Shown here piece by piece: positions 1 to 10,100 of a stretch of 64,000 nucleotides of DNA. Under the pieces are notes generated by a model. It ran no database searches and was not told the origin of the DNA. It saw nothing but the letters and a program-made list of their open reading frames with translations. The position numbers were made by a program, and so were the translations under genes. Position 1 is the first letter of the stretch; each line of letters opens with the position of its first letter. The DNA is from a virus: positions 1 through 64,000 of IMG/VR virus record IMGVR_UViG_3300023184_000082; one strand, 5' to 3'.

Positions 1-465
1 CATGAGTCGCGACAATGTCTCGACATTGGTGACATCGTACTGGGTGCCAACATACGGATTGATATCAGAGATGCCCTTGTTAATCAATGAAAGTTCCATA
101 GGTTTCTCTGTAGGCTTCTCTGTAGGCTTCTCTGTAGGATAACCGCGAAGTGCATCGAGCCTCTCTGGTGACAGATGTGTGGTTTTCTTACGCGGTGCGG
201 CCGGAGGCGGTGGTGCTTGCAAAGCTCTACGTTCTTCAACTAATCCTCTGAAATCCTTTTGACCAATAGGTCCCGTGTCCTTCATATTCGCCTGGATTTG
301 TCCAACCTTTTCTTCAAATGCCGAAGTATCGGCTTTCACCACTCTTGTCGTAAGCACCTTGTTCGCCCAGAGCTTATCAATAACTTGTTCCTTTGGCATG
401 CGAAGCATGGAGGCAAGATTCGTCACCAACGCATCGTCATAGTAGGACTTCTTAATTCTTTCCAT
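1..465 (-). CDS. Hypothetical protein, partial (runs off the window start): MERIKKSYYDDALV...PTEKPTEKPTEKPMELSLINKG...
   Basis: Not in the ORF track because there is no stop in the window. ATG at 465 is preceded by AGGAG on the minus strand, and manual translation shows the frame open to position 1. Confidence 0.8.
   Translation of the reverse strand, partial: MERIKKSYYDDALVTNLASMLRMPKEQVIDKLWANKVLTTRVVKADTSAFEEKVGQIQANMKDTGPIGQKDFRGLVEERRALQAPPPPAAPRKKTTHLSPERLDALRGYPTEKPTEKPTEKPMELSLINKGISDINPYVGTQYDVTNVETLSRLM
101..138 (-). repeat. In-frame 12-bp tandem repeat, about 3 copies, encoding PTEK x3
   Basis: TTCTCTGTAGG(C) repeated at 104-138 on the plus strand. Confidence 0.9.
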
Positions 466-496
466 TGCAATCTCCTATACTCAATAGTATATAGTA

Positions 497-1144
497 CTAC
501 CAGCGCTTGCGTAATGTTTGAGATTTTGCAAGGGCTTCTTCTTTTGACGAAACACCAAAGGTTTGCAATGCGCGAAGCAACCATGTAGGCTCACCACGTT
601 TGTTGCGCAATGCCCCAGGCATGACACCTAGGCGAGCCAATTCGTCGGCAAGATCCCGAGCATTTAGCGCAAGAGACGATTGCGACTCGATGGAGTAGGA
701 TTTTTCAAGATCCACAACAAGTTCTTTTGGCAACTTTTTCTTGTCAATCTTCGCGCCAGAGGAAGTGACCGCCTCAAGCTTGTCTTTCCCTGCCTGACGA
801 AGGACAACCTGATCGTCAGGGTCATCCTTCTTGATCACACGCACGACAACCTTGGTTCGAACGACAGGATGAGGCGTCTCCTCCAGCAAAGCTTCCGGAG
901 GAAGGATCGCCCCATTGGTCATGGAAGCAAACGATGCAATCTTCAAGGGTCGAAAATCGCGTCCTGCGACCGCACGACCATAAGGCTTTAATTTGTGAGA
1001 CCCTTGAGTGGCGCCTCTGGGCCCTTGATTCAATGGGCGATCAGAGCCATCGCCTATGTGAAATCCTCCAACAACAGCGTGACCAGTGCCGGATCTGGGA
1101 CGAAACATCCTCTTGGCAAAAACCAATCGTTTTTCCGTTGACAT
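497..1144 (-). CDS. Hypothetical basic protein (215 aa), possible virion-internal protein
   Basis: Long ORF with GGAGG upstream, collinear with neighbours; contains DLEKS and LAKS motifs. Confidence 0.75.
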   Translation of the reverse strand: MSTEKRLVFAKRMFRPRSGTGHAVVGGFHIGDGSDRPLNQGPRGATQGSHKLKPYGRAVAGRDFRPLKIASFASMTNGAILPPEALLEETPHPVVRTKVVVRVIKKDDPDDQVVLRQAGKDKLEAVTSSGAKIDKKKLPKELVVDLEKSYSIESQSSLALNARDLADELARLGVMPGALRNKRGEPTWLLRALQTFGVSSKEEALAKSQTLRKRW

Positions 1145-1178
1145 CGAAAACCTCCAGCAACATCATAGCAAAATGATG

Positions 1179-1361
1179 CTACTTCCTGCCTTTTACCACG
1201 AATTGCTTGTTGTTGTCACCGGACATACGGTTTCTCACAACATCAAGACATGGATCACAGACATCATGTCGTTTTCCAAGCTGAATATTTGCCTTGGGTT
1301 GAATCTCGGCAATGTTCATTGCCTTGTTGATACCACAGTTTGCACACATCTCATTGTCCAT
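1179..1361 (-). CDS. Small putative Zn-finger protein (60 aa; CxxC...HxxCxxC)
   Basis: CANC and HDVCDPC motifs; AGGAGG SD upstream. Confidence 0.7.
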   Translation of the reverse strand: MDNEMCANCGINKAMNIAEIQPKANIQLGKRHDVCDPCLDVVRNRMSGDNNKQFVVKGRK

Positions 1362-1474
1362 CCGGATCCTCCTGAAAAATTTATGAACACTCTCTAACCC
1401 CTTAGTAAGAATACTTTATTCTCCTCTTTATGATAAATCCGGGAATACCCGTGAGGGGTAAGTATATATATTCT

Positions 1475-1726
1475 TTAAGGGGTTACTGTATCAAGAAAGG
1501 AAAATTCAGATTCCGTAGGGTCAAACAGTTCAACAACAACACGATACTTCTTTGAGCTTCCCAATGTTGTTGTTTTGATATCCTGAAGAATTTTTTTTGC
1601 TTGGAACTTGCTGATTGATGCTGGTAGTTTTTCATTTTCCTGATATTCAAAACTGTCAGCATAAAATGATACGGACTTATCAAATAACGCATGTGAATGG
1701 TTATTTACTAACGATATTCTAATCAT
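1475..1726 (-). CDS. Hypothetical protein (83 aa), AT-rich
   Basis: GGAG SD, follows the upstream gene closely. Confidence 0.6.
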   Translation of the reverse strand: MIRISLVNNHSHALFDKSVSFYADSFEYQENEKLPASISKFQAKKILQDIKTTTLGSSKKYRVVVELFDPTESEFSFLDTVTP

Positions 1727-1737
1727 GGCGATCTCCG

Positions 1738-2106
1738 TTACACCTTTACGGCACTAGCTGAAAGCAACGTGGTGAGGAGACCGTCCGGAAGGTGTTCTCT
1801 CATCCAGTTTGCGTAGCTGGCATAATTTTTTTCTCTACTGGCAATTTTCTCCTGGGTTCGCTGTTCGACTTGTGCCCATTGCTCCAGTATAGCAGACAGC
1901 ATCTCGCGATTTTCCGCAAAATTTTCCGGCACTGGCGCGTATTGTTCCGTACCGTCAGCCTCCACGATGATGCGACGGTTCCTTCTTGGCACCAGTGCCA
2001 TGCCCAGTACCGACAAGCCGTAGGTATATTCTATCTCGTCCCGGATGATCATGCCATCCGGCATGACAATTTCCCACACATCAATGATTGGTTCAGACAG
2101 ATTCAT
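1738..2106 (-). CDS. Hypothetical protein (~122 aa; start MNLSEP preferred)
   Basis: Short overlap with the end of the upstream gene; protein-like composition. Confidence 0.65.
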   Translation of the reverse strand: MNLSEPIIDVWEIVMPDGMIIRDEIEYTYGLSVLGMALVPRRNRRIIVEADGTEQYAPVPENFAENREMLSAILEQWAQVEQRTQEKIASREKNYASYANWMREHLPDGLLTTLLSASAVKV

Positions 2107-3181
2107 CTTTCTCTCTCTCGTCGCCAAAATAGAATTTCAGCACTTTCAGGATGTCAGTTTTGGAAAACTTTGCCAATTTATCCAAGTCGATTGGTGCGCC
2201 ACGCTTTTGTGCCTCCTTGATCAGGTTTGCCACATGATCTGGCAACTTGGCTAACGATTGCTTTGTTGTCTTGGTAGCCTCCACGATGTCCACCGGCGCG
2301 TTCATTGCCATCAGGCTTTCGTAGGCATCATCGCGATCAGGATGATCATTGGTGATGAGATCTCGAATGAGTGGAGCTTTCATGTCGCGCAGCAAGTCTT
2401 CCGCCTCGATATGTTGCCGCGGATCGAGCATCGTGATGTCCATTGGCATGCCCATTTGTCCAAGCATGAGCAAGGCTTCTTTCTGGTCTCCACTTTCATG
2501 CTTGTCATGAACAGGTTTCTTGATGTCGTGTACATGCTCCCAGCGAATGTTCCGTGTTTTTTCATCGGAATCCTTTACGGAAATTCCATGTTTTCCCAAG
2601 GAAAGTATCTGGCACCATTGAGGACTGTCGTGATCAAATGGATGCTGGACAAAAGCGAATGATCCTTGTGCAAGGTCAGGATGAAACAACCAGTTCTCTT
2701 TTGAAACGGGAACATTCTTTTTTCCCGCCATTATGGCAAGCGAAATGGTGGGCGATGCAGAAGAACCAGCGCTTCCGGGAGACGGGATGTCTGCTTTGGG
2801 AGGACCATAATGCCGCGTGGTTTTTCCGGCAGGTCGCATTCCTGCGCCAACATGTCCGACAAACTTGTCCGAAGAAGGAAGCGCCACGGGTCTTGTTTGT
2901 GGAGCCCTCGTTGCGCCCAAGCCTTTTTCAAATCCTTCTTCCTGCTGGACATAGTTGACAAATTGAAACGCGTCCAGAAGAAAAGAAAAACTTTTTTTCA
3001 ATCCATCCAACGATCTTTGTTGCAAGGCTTGATGTTCCACAATTCCTTGCTGATCAAAAATGGTATATTCTTTATGGATACTGGAGTCATGACCGTTTTG
3101 CTGGATATCCGCAATGGATTTCCTGAGTGTATTTGCAGTTCTTGAGTATACCGAAGTCTTTTTTTCTAGGATAACACCCAT
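2093..3181 (-). CDS. Hypothetical protein (~362 aa; start MGVILEKK) with a possible SH3/KOW-like beta domain
   Basis: AAGGA SD 8 nt before ATG 3181; TGATATACT element upstream; QILSLGKHGISVKDSDEKTRNIRWEHV beta-rich segment; LRKS, LKKS and FEKG motifs in the N-terminal third. Confidence 0.75.
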   Translation of the reverse strand: MGVILEKKTSVYSRTANTLRKSIADIQQNGHDSSIHKEYTIFDQQGIVEHQALQQRSLDGLKKSFSFLLDAFQFVNYVQQEEGFEKGLGATRAPQTRPVALPSSDKFVGHVGAGMRPAGKTTRHYGPPKADIPSPGSAGSSASPTISLAIMAGKKNVPVSKENWLFHPDLAQGSFAFVQHPFDHDSPQWCQILSLGKHGISVKDSDEKTRNIRWEHVHDIKKPVHDKHESGDQKEALLMLGQMGMPMDITMLDPRQHIEAEDLLRDMKAPLIRDLITNDHPDRDDAYESLMAMNAPVDIVEATKTTKQSLAKLPDHVANLIKEAQKRGAPIDLDKLAKFSKTDILKVLKFYFGDEREKDESV

Positions 3182-3212
3182 TTGCATGATCCTTCTTGCA
3201 ATAATCAAAAAA

Positions 3213-3221
3213 AGTATATCA
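3213..3221 (-). promoter_or_regulatory. Extended -10 promoter element TGATATACT for the leftward operon
   Basis: TGnTAnnnT about 30 nt upstream of ATG 3181. Confidence 0.5.
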
Positions 3222-3236
3222 CAAGAAAGATGTCCA

Positions 3237-3629
3237 ATGAGAGTATCGTTGACAAGGCAAGACAATCCGGAAGATGATCCAGACATCGTTGTACATGGAG
3301 CAAGACCACAAAGAACAAAGGTTCCGTCTTGCGGAACATGCACTAAGCGGTTCAATTGCATAATACTCAATTATTCATTGGCATCAATGCAAGTGCTCAT
3401 GCCAATGCCCACCAAGTCAACCCAGATTATTCTGGACAAAAACGGAAGGCCCGTTGAATCACAGGAAAGTTTTTTCCCATTCCCCATGCCGTGCAGAGGT
3501 GAGGCGTACTCACCAAACACCAACGTTGATTTCGAAAACAATCCCCTTGTGCAACGTCTCGGTCTTGTAAACGTCTCCGATCCTGTCTCGTATTATGATC
3601 ACGAAAAAAAACTCAAGGAAAACGAATGA
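3237..3629 (+). CDS. Hypothetical Cys-containing protein (~130 aa; CxxC-x4-C...C)
   Basis: Part of the 3114..3629 ORF that does not overlap the divergent gene; ATGA overlap with the next gene; start uncertain. Confidence 0.55.
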   Translation: MRVSLTRQDNPEDDPDIVVHGARPQRTKVPSCGTCTKRFNCIILNYSLASMQVLMPMPTKSTQIILDKNGRPVESQESFFPFPMPCRGEAYSPNTNVDFENNPLVQRLGLVNVSDPVSYYDHEKKLKENE

Positions 3630-4093
3630 TGGATTACGAAGGGCTGATGACATTTGCAACAATTTCCTACGCGCCCATATTGGCGTCGGTAGCAACTTTT
3701 ACAGTAAATAAACTGTGGCAGGCACAGGCTGCAAAAAAAAACCGCAGCATATCATTGGATGTTGCGGAACAGCGTTCCCTGTACGAAAAACAGAAAAATC
3801 TTACCGAAGAAGTTAACGTGCTTCTTTCTGCAAACAAATCTTATCGGGAAGAAATCAAAAAAGATCTTGATTCATTGAAAAACGAATTGGAGGAGTCCAC
3901 ATCTTTTCATCGCAAAGAAATGGAAATGATGAAGAAAGAATATGAGGAAGAAATCCAGAGGTTGCGCACAAAAATATCAGAACTGGCTTCAGAACTGTTA
4001 ACATACAGGAGAGAAAACGGCGCGTTGCATCTTTTGCTGAGCGAACGAGGCATAGAAGTTCCATCATGGGTAAAGAAATCTACGGACAAGTGA
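3626..4093 (+). CDS. Membrane-anchored coiled-coil protein (155 aa), holin-like architecture
   Basis: N-terminal hydrophobic segment then a long heptad-rich charged region; AAGGA SD. Function is an inference. Confidence 0.6.
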   Translation: MMDYEGLMTFATISYAPILASVATFTVNKLWQAQAAKKNRSISLDVAEQRSLYEKQKNLTEEVNVLLSANKSYREEIKKDLDSLKNELEESTSFHRKEMEMMKKEYEEEIQRLRTKISELASELLTYRRENGALHLLLSERGIEVPSWVKKSTDK

Positions 4094-4100
4094 GGAATTA

Positions 4101-7100
4101 ATGGTTGTTGTTTTCAGAAAATCAGAAGAAGGCCCAAGCTCGCGTTCAGTTCCGCTTGGATTTTTTGGCTCAAGTACGCCAAGAAGACCAGCCGCGCCGA
4201 AAGTGGATGTGTCACCCGAGCCAGTTGCGGAACCTGCTGCGCCCCCGGAGGCGCGTCCTGAATCAAGGCACTTGCCGGTTGAATACATCGGCAATGCGCG
4301 AGGAAGGCGTCAGGCATCACGAGTGACGGGCCGAGGCATTGCACCTCCAACAAACTTGGCTATTGCGGAAGCGCTGACAAAGGTACGCGCAAAAGACGGG
4401 GGACCATTGGGTGTTTCAAGGTATACTGGATTGGCGCCTGATAGACTTCGTGTGGATGACGACGCTGATGCAATAACCGATTTGTACAAGCCAGGCGCAA
4501 ATCAACCCGTTGTTCTTGGTGCAACGCTTAATCGCGTGGCCACAGCGCCAGGCGTGTTCAATTTGAATCCCACTATGGATACCTCCATTGCTGGAATTCA
4601 ATCAGCCAATGGAGACGAGATTGCTCCAGAAATAAACGGAAATCTCGTGCGAGTGCTGCGTCATCATCTGCACGTCGAGAGCGATGGAACCACGGCGCGT
4701 CTGAAACATATTGACGCCCCTGGTGCCGCAAGAGTGGAAGCTCTTTTCCCGAGACTTGGACCGTTTGGAGTACATCAGGCAAGACAGGAAATTGAAGATT
4801 CTCGGACCGGTGCTGAAGGAGATCAATCCGGAACATCAAGAATGGTCTTGATGCCAAGTGAAAATGGTTTCAAGTTTGTGCGCGGATTACCACCTGTTGT
4901 TCCCGGAACAGACGATTTTCGGGATAATGGAATTTTGCATCCAGCGCATACGCTCGGTGTTCCATTGTTTGCTGGTGTGGCACAGGGAGCAAACAACATA
5001 TCAGGGACAAAGACCTCGGTCACTGGCAAACCACAAAGAGATGTTTATTCAACAAAGCCGTTTTTGGAAGAGGCGCAAGAAGTACTTAGCATAATCAAAG
5101 CCAAAACAATTGAATTAGAAAAACCAACAACAACAGCAAGCGAAAGAGAACGACTTCAAGCGGAAATTACCAAATTGCATTCGGCAAGACAATTGATGCT
5201 AAACCCTGACGTTGCGGCTGGTTTTCGAGATGCCTTGTTTGCTGGAAGCAATCAACTTGGAAGAAGGTACATCGGATTGGCTCCAGGAGTATTTGGTGGG
5301 CCATCGTCTCCTCAGGAATGGAACAGTGCGGAAGAGCGCAAGGCAGCATACGCAACTATCGAATCCTCGCGCTCCATGTTATCACGAGGCATGCACAATG
5401 GATTGTTCCCATTTCTTCATGAAGATGGAATGAAGAGGATATTTGCAAAGCAGTCGGTCGATATTGATGGAAAACCAGCAGTCAACAGCGAGTTCTTCGA
5501 TGTTGTTGGAACAAGGGCAACATTAGAGGTTCCTGTCTTGCCAAACACTTCACACGCTCCTGATGCAATGAAAACACACATTGTAAATGCCTCGCGTCTT
5601 TTTGCTCCTATCAGGGCGACCATGGATGATTCGGTATTATTTCTTAACCCAAATGACGAGCAGAAAGGCGAATACAAACCGGCTTATGTAGTCATGACAA
5701 TAAATTCAAGGTCTACATCCGGAAAAACAACGAGTCTTAGAATTCTGGACGATCCAAGATTGCGATATAGGGCATCAACATTGGCGTCAGGATTGCAAAG
5801 TTTTTCTCATTGGGGGGTTGCCCTTACGGATCAAGGCGCGGGACACAGTCGCGCAATAACCTATTGGAGTCAAAAATTAGCAGAAACAACGCGGAAACTT
5901 ATTCTTCAAAAAGGAACTTCTGCGCAATACGACGTTTTTGCTGATCCTGAAATCATAGAAATCAACAAGAAATTAAATGCTGCCAAAGCAGCGCAAATAA
6001 AAACGGATACCGAAGTTGCCAGACGCAAAGACGGAAAGAGACCAAGGGGATTCAAGGAATCAATTGGCACCAAGGAAAATCCAATACAATTGCCAATGGC
6101 AGGATATGGAGGATTATCCTCAACACCGGTTCCCATTTTGGATCCCAAAACGGAAATTTCCGGACAATTGTATGCGTTTAATCCCCTTGTTCCCGGTCAA
6201 TCAATCAGCGCTATTTCAATGCATCCATCTTCAGTTGACAACGTTACTGGATTGACTGAATCGCCATGGTACAGATTGCAAACAGACCGCAAATTAACCC
6301 CCTCAAAAGATTCGGAAAAATTGTCTCAAGAAGTTTTATCGCAAGAATCCTTGGCACAATCCGGACTTCGCGCTCTGGTGATCAGTCAAGGAGTGGATGG
6401 TTACGCAATGGTCTTGAAATCACCAGACGGACATGTGATACAAGCACATGGATTTCAATGGAGCCCTGCGGTTCTTGCAGTTCATCCACCAATATTCCGC
6501 GACAAGTCGGGCACAACACTTCCAAGTGGATCATTGTTTGGTGCTGCAATTTCAAACACGGTGGAAACATTCAACAGGTCAGTAGAAGAATATGGTCATA
6601 TTCGCAGAATTCAATCACAAATAATTTATGATGACGACGATAAGGAAACTGAACAGGCAGACATCTTGGGCAAGGCAATTGAAAAAAGAGAAGATCCATT
6701 TGCCTTATACAGGGAAACTCCCTTATGGAGCCCTGTGTTTGACAAAAATGGGGATCCAATCCCTGGTCAATTTGAGCAATCGCCCAACCACAATTCACTG
6801 ACAATGTCGGATCCGGGACATTACGCGCTTGACGATTTTGGCGTATGGAGATTTTTTTCGGGCATAAGCAGTGATACTGCAATGGAATATGGAATTCATA
6901 ATTTTCCTACAAAAATGATGAGGGGCGGAGTAAATCATGATGCATTCTATCCTCACGACGTTGGGGGCAAATCCCGATGGAACAGAAAAACAACAAGGAC
7001 GACCGGTGTCGATGAATCATGGCCAGACAGGGGTGGTGATTCTGGTTGGGCGGTGCCGGGACAACGGTTTTCTTACGACAGGTTCAATGGCACTCCTGAA

Positions 7101-10100
7101 CGATATGTGCTGACAGGAGATGCTGTTCGTCAGTATCAAATTGCCAATCCTGAAAGAAGGGCCCTGTCCGACAGGATTTCACGGGAAATATATGATTTGC
7201 AAATGCAGCGTCATTCAATGGCTTCCGGACGATATACAGTTATTGCACAAAGAGAACGCACAAAATCAACACGCAAGTTGGGCAAATACAGCGAAGACAC
7301 AAAAAAAGATTGGGAAACAGTTGCAACAAAATGGGCAACGACAACATTTATGGAAAACATTCCTACGATCAGCAGCGCGGAAAACGATCCAAACAGAAAT
7401 AGCATGCCGGTAGCGGAATTTCTCGCGGAGGGAATAAAAACATTTCTTTGCCAAGATCAGCAGTTTATTCATCATTTTTCCCAAAATATTGAAAAACCAG
7501 AAATACAAGAAGCAATAGCTTCGGTTCTCTGTCAAAAATTTGGTGTAGCCTCATTGGAAGATCTTGATGCTCAAACCAAGGAATTGATCAATACAACAAT
7601 GAAGGAAGCAACAAGTAACGCAACAACAATCAGGGAAAAAGAAGAAAAAGACAAGGATAATGAAATTGAAGATTTGGTTATTACTGACTTGCATGGTCAG
7701 GATATTGTTACTGGATCATATCGGTTATTTTCGAGACCCGCAAAAGGTGCGGTCCATATGCCGTGTGCACTCATGGATAACGACGACAAAGAAACAATAT
7801 TGTTTTTCCCAAGAGATCCAGAAGACAAGAATAATCTTTTCTTGGGAATGCGAGCAGGCAATCGCATTGAATGGGTAGATGGAAAAAAGGTAATTTCAAA
7901 CGCAATTCCAGAAAACAGGGGCGATCACAACTCGCCAATTTTCATAAAATCAGTTTCAGTTACTCCCAATGGATCATATTGCACACTTTCAAAATCCCAA
8001 GAAATGTTTTCGGACGAATTAAAAGCGCACATTGAACAGTATAATCCCACAAAAACAAAAACAGACGGCTCGCTTTTAGTTCGCATTTCACAAGATGAAC
8101 TTGTTCCAATTTTGCCTTCGCAAATCCGTCCGTACGACGGATTTATCGAGCAGCATGGAGAAGAGCTTCCATCGAGCTTATTCACAAACATGTTGCTTTC
8201 GAAAAAACAAAGAGAATCAGCAGAAAAAGAAAATAACAATGAAACTATAAGAGAAGAAATTATTCGCTATCTTAACAATGTGGCAACAAAAAGAGATCCG
8301 CTGCAAGCAAGTGGCGTTGACGCAAATGGAAATATCATTCCAAATGAGCGTTCCGGATTCTTGAGAAAAATAGGAATAGATATTGGCGTAGAAGATTCTC
8401 ACTATATGTTTGCAAGCATGAATCCGGATGATTACACATGGATAAAGGAATCAATTCCTGAAACCATTGATTTGCAGGATCCAATGTATTACTTGGCATC
8501 AAGAATAACGCCGAATACTACTGGAAGTTTCAATGCAATCAGGAAATCTCGACAAAGCGCGGATCAGCAGGATTACAACATACAGCTTTGGTCCTTGAAT
8601 AACATGCAAAAAGTTGCTCGCGCCCTTGTTGTGAAACGAGCAGATGCAATTAACGGAAAATATGATGTCAAATCACTTGTGGTTCCATCAAAATATACCG
8701 ATGATGAAGATCAAGAGATTACTCTGGAAGCTGATGATGATTACAAAAAAATCATGCAAGAAGATGATGATATTCCCATTGAACACTTGAAAGATCCCAA
8801 TCAGGCAATGCAAACGCTTATCTTGGCGTTGGAAATGGATGCATTCAGGTCAATAACTCCTCATGGAAAAGGCGGCTATGACGAAAAGGGAAATGCCGAT
8901 TCAGATGGCGAGTACGATGAGCATGGCAATCATATCCTTGAGTTCATTGAAATTCCAAAAGAAATTACTGACATTTCACAAAATTCAGCAATGAAACAAT
9001 TCAAAGATGCATACGGATATGCAATTAGTGATCAATACATAAAGTTGATAGGCATGAATGGATTGCTTTCCGAACTATTGAATTCAAGAAATGAAGAAAC
9101 CTTATCAGATTTGAAATCCGTGCATCCAGAAATCGGAGCAATGTTTGAGAAAGCTCTTAATATTTCAGACAGATATGCAAAAACAAATGACAAGGAAGAA
9201 AAATCCAGACTTAGGACAGAAGGTTTGGAAATTAGTCAAGATATTGTCTATGCGCAAATGTCCGATGTGTTCAAGCGAATAAAAGGATATAGCGCTCTTT
9301 CTCCATTGCAAAAACTGGCTTTTGTCGAGCTTGACAACGTCGGAATTGTGGGAAATTTCAACAAGCTTCGCATGGGTGTGCCAAAATCATCGTATCAACT
9401 TGACGGAACTGACGTTTCAGACGAGCAATGTCAAGAGGCAGCGCTGGTGATTCATGGATTGGCTTCAAGTTCTGTTGCGGGAAACCACATGGCTAACAAC
9501 AAGGGATTGTATCGATCAGACGGAACTCAAAAAATAGAAATTATGCAACATCAAATCAACCCCGACGCTTTTCAAGCGGTATTCATCAAAGGCAAACTGA
9601 CACATGTTCGCGCATTGGATTACCCAGAAATAGACCCAAAGATAAGAGATCTTGCAAAATTGTCTGAACAAGTGGCATTTAAGGGAAATCCTTCCGAGGC
9701 AAAACTTGATGAAATGATAAAAATCATTGCAGATTATCCAGAATGTCAAGCAGAATTGATCAAGGCAAAAAATACATTCATGGACAGAGGAGAATTATCA
9801 AGGACAGATAGATTAAAGATCATACAAACAGTAGGTGTCAGACTTGGTCTTTCTCCCGAAGACTTGCCATACGGAATGCTCAAGAACATAAAAGATAACA
9901 TCACAACTGCGATGGCGTTGACTGTTGCATCCCAAGCGCAAATGCATGCCATGTGGACACACCGCAAACAAGAAGATCAATTGACTGCAGGTCAAGAAAA
10001 ACCAATCAAAAGACCAGGCTTGGGAGTTACGTTGAATGCGTTGCCTCTTGGATTAAGCGGAGAACATCAAGCGCTTGCCGATCACGGTCATTCCGATGGT

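Noticed and set aside
101-138. Short repeats here, at 44850-45110 and at 63490-63560 as CRISPR or iterons
   Set aside because: All are in-frame coding repeats without unique spacers.
8870-8935. NADSDGE in the 4202-aa protein resembling the RNA polymerase NADFDGD motif (virion RNAP idea)
   Set aside because: The third Asp and the aromatic residue are missing, it lies within a local YDExGN repeat, and no other RNAP motifs were seen. A divergent polymerase cannot be excluded without structure prediction.
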